From NCBI GenBank assembly GCA_045656885.1, contig JAZORZ010000046.1, positions 25 through 64,024 of the forward strand: a stretch of DNA of 64,000 nucleotides. The letters run 5' to 3'. Each line of letters opens with the position of its first letter. Positions within the stretch are counted from its first letter, which is position 1. The notes under the pieces are model-generated. The model worked only from the letters and a program-made list of their open reading frames with translations, ran no database searches and was not told the origin of the DNA. The stretch is from Eubacteriales bacterium. GTDB lineage: Bacteria; Bacillota; Clostridia; Oscillospirales; CAG-272. Position numbers and translations under genes: made by a program. Below are positions 17,701 through 23,637 of the stretch, piece after piece.

Positions 17701-18516
17701 GGCTATTTTGGAGAGCGTGAGGCAGAAATAATCTATTTGTACTACGGCATCGAGCACAAGGCAACCGTGAAAATAGAGGTTGATGTGCCCAGACTCGTCG
17801 GAATCTTTGATGGCAATACCGGTATGAACCTAACCGAGCCGGATTACGATGGCTATCATGCGTATATGACAAAAGATGCTCCCTTGGTGCTTGACTTCGT
17901 ATATACCGCAGAGCCCTCAAGCGTACGTATGGATAAGGGCAACGGCGATTTTGAGTATGACTACACTTCGGCCGATCTTCTCGGTTATGACGAAAAGCTT
18001 GGCGGATACGTTGCCAGATTCACGCTCACTCATATGGACGTAGAACAGTATTTCGGCGAAAAGCTCTCTGTTGCTATGTACGACTTCAACTATTCGTTCA
18101 ATTTCCATGAAGGCGGCTATGACGAGCATTCCGTTATTCTAGTTAAGTTTCCTGAACTCGAGCCCAAAACTTATGGTATAAACATAGACGGCTATTCTAC
18201 CGAGGGCACACACATTCAGGCGTATAACGATGATTGGTGTACCTTTTACATTATGCTCGAGGGCGTAAGCGACGGCTCGATTTTGTGTGTGGAGCTTTTT
18301 GCTGACGGTGACTACGCAGAAACCCTTTATTGCGAGGACCTCACCTACAACGGTATGTATAACGTAGCGCGATTCACCTTCCGCCCCGGTTATCCCGCGG
18401 ACGCTACCGAAGATTATTGCCTTATATACAAGGTAAGAGTCGTTTATAACGGACAGGATGTTCCGGATTCAAGAGGAAACGTCGTTACCATTTTTATAAT
18501 AGATGTTGCACGTTGA
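14731..18516 (+). CDS. Large (1261 aa) modular cell-surface lipoprotein of unknown function
   Basis: Signal peptide plus lipobox MKKMRLFLALALVLALLVSSLSAC. A GEDPDQPG.. repeat linker is followed by about 9-10 diverged ~100-aa modules that each open with P.F(L/I)G. AAAAGGAG lies upstream of the ATG. Confidence 0.9.
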   Translation: MKKMRLFLALALVLALLVSSLSACNLLGGGSDNKPGEGTTDNGQNSGNLNGGSDIPSGEDPDQPGGSTPGGEDPGQPDISTPDGEDPDQPGENTPGDVIGWGPDFGGGEMLEYLAIDVQKGSGSFILNATGKLESPEVVIASLGKTYSYTTEIDCGDHFEYLFVISADGMKVGDGYSAYVQFNGGDRYGFNISLYDSKPGPDEEKIGSFLGFNTDGSKSIDGKSLELKYGDENAVIYLVFDGVAPMLHITDQKLDKTYSVDSVEEIDGYRIYKFILYTVFMADGDEIRFTGEYSTASEHFDFQFSLSVSVIGAPIEHKHVFIDGKCECGEVDPNYGYEEENRSEFFGFYDPESKLVIADLTVNRGEGFSVYALFRHNAPLRAYINGFNIPVEQPGFIESGAVETMEIDGESYYAVHFEVPPLLAVGRYNVELLYLASLDDEECAWITVRVTEVYEPMGNYLGVNAEPVEEYSDSATLYVEGDTVYLYVIFDGSVENLSLYCTDLYIPYLVHETVDIYNGCFYYAFSLPTSNMSYGEEYYFNGSCGTTGENQTNFYFSIRVLDPNGGGGEIPDDHEHFFSDGKCYCGAIDPDYVPTVDITDLLLGAMTPEMVGPSWDIGISLEKEIELYFVFKSKVDVTSISFLGDELNFYEVSSYGDYYVVAAIIYPYEKYESGLITVTYNVEHGFASCDILLTIGSADGGDDEIPPRFLGVMTSEDEGYSESVSVTVGRESVIYLVFDREISCERIIFYDAEIWAEGGYWMNEYYLIPVRLPVFTTIENAPSYFFSYGNNEEGGCIIVNVLPEDIEPPVFIGAQSDSVSEMNEATVTVHPSMNGLGKIYVHFSDVFRIDAIMLSGMELDNGSYGWNGNTICIDLDCVPFVGMIGEYDILIIGSFGNYEPYLPIYQNLVLKIEIGEEPSFLGIKTEYGELSDGIVIKPGEYVNAYLIFDTPVYVQGLYVDSYSSISVDSTGYELSPGQYAYNVWLSTEQLGYFGEREAEIIYLYYGIEHKATVKIEVDVPRLVGIFDGNTGMNLTEPDYDGYHAYMTKDAPLVLDFVYTAEPSSVRMDKGNGDFEYDYTSADLLGYDEKLGGYVARFTLTHMDVEQYFGEKLSVAMYDFNYSFNFHEGGYDEHSVILVKFPELEPKTYGINIDGYSTEGTHIQAYNDDWCTFYIMLEGVSDGSILCVELFADGDYAETLYCEDLTYNGMYNVARFTFRPGYPADATEDYCLIYKVRVVYNGQDVPDSRGNVVTIFIIDVAR
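14902..15018 (+). repeat. 3 x 39-bp in-frame tandem repeat (GEDPDQPGGSTPG-type linker)
   Basis: Units at 14902-14940, 14941-14979 and 14980-15018 are nearly identical at the 5' 22 nt. Confidence 0.9.
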
Positions 18517-18558
18517 CTCTTTGGTCAAATGAAAGTGAATAGCAATAACAACTGTAAC

Positions 18559-18600
18559 ACGGCCGGGTTGAGCATTTGACCCGGCCGTAGTTGGGCTTTT
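18559..18600 (+). terminator. Probable terminator after the lipoprotein gene
   Basis: ACGGCCGGGT-tgagcattt-GACCCGGCCGT. The downstream T-tract is weak. Confidence 0.5.
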
Positions 18601-18689
18601 AAGTAAAAAAATGTAATAATTTGATTTGTAGAGTGAGTCTATTCGAGAGGGGAAACGTTTTTAAGAAGTTTTCTTCACAACAAAGTTCA

Positions 18690-18728
18690 AACAAAACCGC
18701 CCCACTCCAATCAGCAGGAGTGGGGCGG
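18690..18728 (-). terminator. Intrinsic terminator of the SASP gene
   Basis: On the minus strand: CCGCCCCACTCC-tgctgatt-GGAGTGGGGCGG followed by TTTTGTTT. Confidence 0.75.
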
Positions 18729-18821
18729 TGCCGTTATACCGCTTTCCATCGAAAGCTTGTCAACGGGCTTACATTTGTTGAAAAAAGCAACACGTGGTTG
18801 TTTTTCTCACTTCTTGCACAA
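18690..18821 (+). repeat. Direct repeat DR2 (about 132 bp), right flank of the lipoprotein cassette
   Basis: Aligns with 14422-14549. It contains the ssp terminator hairpin. Confidence 0.85.
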
Positions 18822-18862
18822 GGAAAACTCAATTTTCCATGTGCCGACTATAAGGGCAATCC

Positions 18863-19060
18863 TTATTTCGTCTTGAGGGAGTTCTCATAGGATTCGATCA
18901 TCTTCTTAACCATCTGACCGCCTACGGAACCGGCTTGACGTGCAGTGATGTCGCCGTTGTAACCTTGCTTAAGGTTAACGCCAACCTCGTTTGCAGCCTC
19001 CATCTTGAATCTCTCGAGTGCTTCCTTTGCCTCGGGAACAAGAGTCTTGTTGCTTGCCAT
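18863..19060 (-). CDS. Small acid-soluble spore protein, alpha/beta type
   Basis: The 65-aa product MASNKTLVPEAKEALERFKMEAANEVGVNLKQGYNGDITARQAGSVGGQMVKKMIE matches the two conserved SASP blocks. GAGGAG lies upstream. Confidence 0.92.
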   Translation of the reverse strand: MASNKTLVPEAKEALERFKMEAANEVGVNLKQGYNGDITARQAGSVGGQMVKKMIESYENSLKTK

Positions 19061-19089
19061 GTTTTTCTCCTCTTCTGAACGGTTGTGAG

Positions 19090-19118
19090 TTTTATGTACC
19101 GTTCATTCGGGAGAATGC
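19090..19118 (-). promoter_or_regulatory. Candidate forespore (SigG/SigF-type) promoter of the SASP gene
   Basis: Minus strand reads GCATT, 17 nt spacer, CATAAAA. This resembles the G(C/T)AT(A/G)-N17/18-CAT..TA consensus as I recall it. Confidence 0.4.
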
Positions 19119-19279
19119 GCAATACACAAAACCTTTTGCCGCTCGTTTATCTATATCATTGAGTCGCTCTGTCGCGGCTCTGTCATTATTGTTCACCGCC
19201 AAAATCAATTTATGAATGGAAATGTTTGCAGATTTTTTTGCATTTTTCGAGCGATATGCAAACGAAAAATGACGAGCTA

Positions 19280-19308
19280 TTGACTTTTTCCTTGTTTTAT
19301 GATATACT
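19280..19308 (+). promoter_or_regulatory. Sigma-A type promoter of gatCAB
   Basis: TTGACT, 17 nt spacer, TGa-TATACT. Confidence 0.6.
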
Positions 19309-19318
19309 TTTTGCAGGA

Positions 19319-19360
19319 GCTTCCGTCCCATCACGGGGCGCGGAGCAGTTTTTCTTTTTT
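19319..19360 (+). terminator. Terminator-like hairpin plus U-tract inside the gatC 5' leader
   Basis: GCTTCCGTCCC-atcac-GGGGCG(c)GGAGC gives 11 bp with one bulge, followed by AGTTTTTCTTTTTT. It lies between the -10 box and the RBS. Confidence 0.5.
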
Positions 19361-19369
19361 GGAGGGGCT

Positions 19370-19651
19370 ATGAACAAAGAGGCACTTGCGCGTTTGGAAC
19401 TGCTTAATCAAATAAAACTCGACGGCGAACAAAAAAATAATGTTCTTTCCTTTTTTGCAAAAAGGGAAGAGGACATTTTGGTGCTTGATGCCATCGATAC
19501 CGCAACCGCAGAGCCAATGGTGCACGCAATGCCTGCCGCCCTTTCTCTGCGCGAGGATGTCATCGACCAACCCTTTGCGCCCCAAGACTTGTTGGCGCAA
19601 GCTCCCAAAACCGATGCGGGATACTTTTGCGTTCCTCGCGTAATAGAATGA
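19370..19651 (+). CDS. gatC: Asp/Glu-tRNA amidotransferase subunit C
   Basis: 93 aa, with ...EPMVHAM...LREDV... typical of GatC. GGAGGGG lies upstream of the ATG at 19370. Confidence 0.85.
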   Translation: MNKEALARLELLNQIKLDGEQKNNVLSFFAKREEDILVLDAIDTATAEPMVHAMPAALSLREDVIDQPFAPQDLLAQAPKTDAGYFCVPRVIE

Positions 19652-19664
19652 TGGGAGGGGCAAT

Positions 19665-20798
19665 ATGAACGAACAAAACAGAAACAGAATTATTGTTGAC
19701 GATATGTTTTTGACCGTTGATGCTCCCACCACTGCCGGCTCCAAAATGCTGGAGGGGTATCAAAGTCCCATTGGTGCAACAGCGATTGCAAAAGCACAAG
19801 CGGCAGGATATGTGCTTGCTATGAAAACGCCCGTTGGCGAGTTTGGCATCGATCTGTTGGGTGAAACCGCTGTCAGCGGTGCTTGGGTGCGAGACGGCAT
19901 TCTCAAAAACGCCACCGCAGAAATGCTTTGGTGGGAGAATGATGCCGGGGGAGCATTCTGTCTTGACGTCAACGGCTATCCCCGTCGCGCCGCGGCACAA
20001 ATGGGGCTTGTTTGCCTCAAGCCAACCTACGGTGTAGTTTCGCGTGAGGGGGTTGTTTCGGTTGCTGCATCGGGTGAGGCGGTTGATGTTCTTGCAAAAA
20101 CGACCGAGGACTGCCGCGCGTTGTTTGATGCCGTAAAAGAGCAAAATCAAACAGAGTGCACTCCTATCACCCGTGTGGCTATCCTGACCTCGCTTGATAC
20201 GGATATGAACAGTGAAATCAAAAAGAAGATTGACCTTGCCATTTCCCATTTTGAAAAGAGCGGAATTGCCACCACGTATATCGAAAACGGCACTTTTTGC
20301 GCGGCAGGTGCGGCTTGGAACATTCTTTTGTGTGCCGAGCTTTGCAAAAACACCGCACGCTACGACGGCATTCGCTACGGTCACCGCGCCGAGAATTTCT
20401 CCAATCTTGACGAGCTTTACACAAATAGCCGTACAGAGGGGCTTGGAGAACTTGTAAAAGCCGCTATTCTTTACGGCTCCGAAACGCTTTCACCCGAAAA
20501 CTATCAAAGGGTGTACCAAAAAGCACTCCGTGTTCGCCGCGTCATTGCCAATGAATTTGCAAAGCTGTTTCAAAATTTTGATGCCGTTCTTTTGCCCACG
20601 TGCTCTCAAATGGTATATACCGAGGAGCAGATCAAGGCAAATAAATATCTCGCCTTTGAGGAAAACCGCTATACCGCTCCCGCAACGCTTGCAGGACTCC
20701 CAGCAGTTGTGGCAGGCGGTGTGCAGCTGATCGGCAAAGCAAACAGTGAGCACGCACTCCTCGACGTTGCGAGCATTCTTGCAGGGGAGGACAGATGA
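19665..20798 (+). CDS. gatA: GatA-like subunit, N-terminally short, with the amidase-signature catalytic triad apparently substituted
   Basis: 377 aa, against roughly 485 aa for typical GatA. GatA blocks are retained (TTAGSKMLEGY, LKPTYGVVSREG, ARYDGIRYGH, LYTNSRTEGLGELVK, LAGLPAV). However, IKDNI is replaced by VDDMF, GGSSGGSAAAV by NDAGGAFCLDV, and GSDTGGSIRQPA by LDVNGYPRRAAA. Confidence 0.8.
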   Translation: MNEQNRNRIIVDDMFLTVDAPTTAGSKMLEGYQSPIGATAIAKAQAAGYVLAMKTPVGEFGIDLLGETAVSGAWVRDGILKNATAEMLWWENDAGGAFCLDVNGYPRRAAAQMGLVCLKPTYGVVSREGVVSVAASGEAVDVLAKTTEDCRALFDAVKEQNQTECTPITRVAILTSLDTDMNSEIKKKIDLAISHFEKSGIATTYIENGTFCAAGAAWNILLCAELCKNTARYDGIRYGHRAENFSNLDELYTNSRTEGLGELVKAAILYGSETLSPENYQRVYQKALRVRRVIANEFAKLFQNFDAVLLPTCSQMVYTEEQIKANKYLAFEENRYTAPATLAGLPAVVAGGVQLIGKANSEHALLDVASILAGEDR

Positions 20799-20799
20799 T

Positions 20800-22245
20800 A
20801 TGAAATACGAAACCGTCATCGGTCTTGAGGTGCACGTTGAGCTTGCAACCGATACCAAGATCTTTTGCTCCTGCTCGGCACACTCCTTTGGAGCCGCCCC
20901 CAATACGCATATTTGCCCTGCCTGCACAGGCATGCCGGGAGCACTCCCCAAGCTCAACAAAAAGGTTGTTGACTACGCCATCAAAGCAGGATTAATGCTT
21001 GGTTGCCACATCAATCAAACCTCAACCTTCGACCGCAAAAGCTACTTTTACCCCGACCTGCCAAACGCCTATCAAATCACGCAATATTTCTCTCCCATCG
21101 CCACCGACGGTGTGGTGGAAATCGAAACCGCAAGCGGCAAAAAGCAGATCGGTATTGGAGAGATCCACATGGAAGAGGATGCGGGAAAGCTCATTCACGA
21201 TATCAAAGAAGGCTTTTCGCATATCGACTTCAACCGCGCGGGTGTGCCGCTGCTTGAAATCGTCAGCCGCCCCGACCTCAGGAGTGCCGCGGAGGTGGAA
21301 GCATACCTTGAGCGTCTCAAAACGCTTTTGCGTTACGCGCGTGTTGCCGAGTGCGAAATGGCACACGGAACCATGCGCTGCGACGTCAATCTTTCGGTAC
21401 GTCCAAAGGGAAGTGAAACCTTTGGCGTTAGAACCGAAATGAAGAATATGAACTCCATCGAGGCGATCAAGCGCGCCATTGAATATGAAACCGCACGACA
21501 TATTGACATTCTTGAAAATCAAAACGGAGAGATTTTGCAAGAAACACGCCGTTTTGATGAAGCGAGCGGCAAAACTGTACCGATGCGCCAAAAGGAGACG
21601 GCAGGGGACTATCGCTATGCCCCCGATCCGAATCTGATGCCGCTTGTTGTCAGTGAAGAATGGATTGAAAATATCCAATCCACGCTTCCCGAATTTCCCG
21701 AGGTCAAGCGCGAGCGCTATGTGCAAGAATTTGGGCTTTCTCGTTACGATGCCGAGCAGCTGACAAAAAGCATTGCTCTTTGCGAGTGCTTTGAGGATGC
21801 CGTTCTTGCTTGCAACTCCCCAAAGGATGCCGCAAATTGGATGACGGGTGAGGTCTTGAGCTTGCTCAACGCACAAAAAATGACACCCGAAATGCTTGCC
21901 GTCAATGGCAAAAAGCTCGGCGAGCTCGTCCTGCTTGTAAAAAACGGTCAGGTCGGCAGAGCCAATGCAAAAATCATTCTTGCTGCTCTGTTTGAGGATG
22001 CTACGATCGATCCTGCCGCATACGCAAAAGAGAAGGGATTTCTCATTTCCAACGATGAGGAGCAGATCGCAAACGTAGTCAAATCCGTTGTCGATGCCGA
22101 TGCAAAGTCGGTTGCCGATTATAAGAGCGGCAAAGAGAAAGCCCTGATGTTCCTTTTTGGCAAATGCATGAAGGAACTGAAAGGGAACTGCAATCCGCAA
22201 CTGCTCCGCACAATTCTTTGTGATTATATCGAAAAACGCCCCTGA
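20800..22245 (+). CDS. gatB: Asp/Glu-tRNA amidotransferase subunit B
   Basis: MKYETVIGLEVHVELATDTKIFCSC...GEIHMEEDAGKLIH.... The start lies 1 nt after the gatA stop. Confidence 0.95.
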   Translation: MKYETVIGLEVHVELATDTKIFCSCSAHSFGAAPNTHICPACTGMPGALPKLNKKVVDYAIKAGLMLGCHINQTSTFDRKSYFYPDLPNAYQITQYFSPIATDGVVEIETASGKKQIGIGEIHMEEDAGKLIHDIKEGFSHIDFNRAGVPLLEIVSRPDLRSAAEVEAYLERLKTLLRYARVAECEMAHGTMRCDVNLSVRPKGSETFGVRTEMKNMNSIEAIKRAIEYETARHIDILENQNGEILQETRRFDEASGKTVPMRQKETAGDYRYAPDPNLMPLVVSEEWIENIQSTLPEFPEVKRERYVQEFGLSRYDAEQLTKSIALCECFEDAVLACNSPKDAANWMTGEVLSLLNAQKMTPEMLAVNGKKLGELVLLVKNGQVGRANAKIILAALFEDATIDPAAYAKEKGFLISNDEEQIANVVKSVVDADAKSVADYKSGKEKALMFLFGKCMKELKGNCNPQLLRTILCDYIEKRP

Positions 22246-22247
22246 AA

Positions 22248-22276
22248 CTTGACAAAAAGTGTCAACTGTGTTATAC
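22248..22276 (+). promoter_or_regulatory. Promoter of zinc-ribbon membrane protein gene 1
   Basis: TTGACA, 17 nt spacer, TGt-TATACT. About 85 percent identical by eye over ~32 nt to the promoter at 23003-23031. Confidence 0.6.
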
Positions 22277-22311
22277 TTGCATTGGTAATTCACTTTAAGG
22301 AGATTTGAAGA

Positions 22312-22818
22312 ATGATTCACGGAAAGAAAATCAGTTTTAACTCTGCAGATGCTGCATATTTGCGCAAAAAGCATTATTGTCCGAATTGTAATGCTAAGAT
22401 GAAAAGGACTAAATTTACAAGGGTAGTCAATTCAAACTCTCCTGAAGCAAGTCAATATAATTTCAAGATAATTAAAAATCGTGTCTTAACTCTGGGACGC
22501 AGACCCGACCCGCTTACTTTGTATGGAAACGTTGAGTTTATCATAAAAGGGCTCGAGTGCCCCAACTGTGGACTCCAATTAACATCTCAAGAAATGCGAC
22601 AATACGAAGGTGAGGGTGGAGGATTCAGTGCTTTTGTAAATAAATTAGGGCGTATTTTGATTGCAGCGGTTTTGATTATATTGATTCCGGCCATTATTTT
22701 AGCTATGCTATACAATGCACACAAGGTAGGCGTTCTTCCTCAAAACGTATGGGATGTTATCCAATCCATTCTCCCCAACTTTGTTATGGATTTTTTAGAA
22801 AACAACGTCAAAATGTAA
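22312..22818 (+). CDS. Zinc-ribbon (CxxC...CxxC) single-pass membrane protein, paralog 1
   Basis: 168 aa. CPNC...CPNC, a TM helix ILIAAVLIILIPAIILAML, and a tail ..FVMDFLENN. AAGGAG lies upstream. Confidence 0.8.
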   Translation: MIHGKKISFNSADAAYLRKKHYCPNCNAKMKRTKFTRVVNSNSPEASQYNFKIIKNRVLTLGRRPDPLTLYGNVEFIIKGLECPNCGLQLTSQEMRQYEGEGGGFSAFVNKLGRILIAAVLIILIPAIILAMLYNAHKVGVLPQNVWDVIQSILPNFVMDFLENNVKM

Positions 22819-22823
22819 ATTTC

Positions 22824-22853
22824 AGCCGCACCCACAGGTGCGGCTTTTTTTCT
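22824..22853 (+). terminator. Intrinsic terminator
   Basis: AGCCGCACC-caca-GGTGCGGCT followed by TTTTTTTC. Confidence 0.8.
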
Positions 22854-22863
22854 TTCTTTCTAT

Positions 22864-22886
22864 GTAGGGGCGACCATTGGTCGTCT
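22864..22886. repeat. Solo GTAGGGG-type GC hairpin
   Basis: GTAGGGGCGACCATTGGTCGTC. Confidence 0.7.
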
Positions 22887-22957
22887 GCTTTTTACTTTCA
22901 TCGTTAAAGCGCGTAGTTTTGTAATTACATAGAAAAACTCTAAAAAAACAGAAAAAA

Positions 22958-22993
22958 CCTCCCAAGGAAGAAATATCTTGGGGAGGTTTTTTT
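22958..22993. terminator. Orphan bidirectional terminator-like hairpin between the two zinc-ribbon genes
   Basis: A-run, then CCTCCCAAG-gaagaaatat-CTTGGGGAGG, then a T-run. No ORF lies between 22853 and 22958. Confidence 0.55.
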
Positions 22994-23002
22994 CATAAAG
23001 TC

Positions 23003-23031
23003 TTGACAAAAACCGCCAACTCTGTTATACT
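23003..23031 (+). promoter_or_regulatory. Promoter of zinc-ribbon membrane protein gene 2
   Basis: TTGACA, 17 nt spacer, TGt-TATACT. Confidence 0.6.
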
Positions 23032-23066
23032 TATGGTGACAAGTTATTTTTGGGAGGAGTTCAAAA

Positions 23067-23495
23067 ATGAAAAAAATGAAATTTTGCCCCGGCTGCAATC
23101 TCAAAATGAGAAAGGTTACCATCAAAAAGGCAACCAGCTACACCACTCCTGATGGCAGCAGCTTCGGTATGTTTACTAACTTTACACCTGTTAAGCTGGG
23201 AGGCAACGTTGTAACCTCTCAAAAGGTATTGCAGTGCCCCAGATGCCACCGTCAATATCCCCTTGAAACCGCCATCGTGGCAAAATCTTTTGTTGCAAAC
23301 GCAGCTGCATGTGAAGATGCAAAAAAGCAAAAGAAGGCAAATAAGAGAGCAAAGACCAAGGGCTTTAGAATTTTCTTGGGTATTTTGATCATTCTGATGA
23401 TTCTTGCATTGATTGCAGGTCCCGCACTCTACCTCTGGCACGCATCCGGCTTTATGCCCCAAGCAGTTATTGATTTTTTGACAAAGCTGTTCTAA
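23067..23495 (+). CDS. Zinc-ribbon (CxxC...CxxC) single-pass membrane protein, paralog 2
   Basis: 142 aa. CPGC...CPRC, a lysine-rich linker, a TM helix IFLGILIILMILALIAGPAL, and a tail ..AVIDFLTKLF. GGGAGGAG lies upstream. Confidence 0.8.
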   Translation: MKKMKFCPGCNLKMRKVTIKKATSYTTPDGSSFGMFTNFTPVKLGGNVVTSQKVLQCPRCHRQYPLETAIVAKSFVANAAACEDAKKQKKANKRAKTKGFRIFLGILIILMILALIAGPALYLWHASGFMPQAVIDFLTKLF

Positions 23496-23505
23496 TTACC
23501 TATTC

Positions 23506-23540
23506 AGCCGCACCTTTTTGGTGCGGCTTCTTTATTGTTT
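23506..23540 (+). terminator. Intrinsic terminator (same stem as 22824)
   Basis: AGCCGCACC-tttttg-GGTGCGGCT followed by a T-rich tract. Confidence 0.75.
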
Positions 23541-23637
23541 ACACTCTTTTTTATTTTTTTACTATTGCAATTTACAAAATGTGGGTGTATAATAAAAACA
23601 TGATATTTTTCAAGACTGCTTCAGGGAGGAAAAACGA

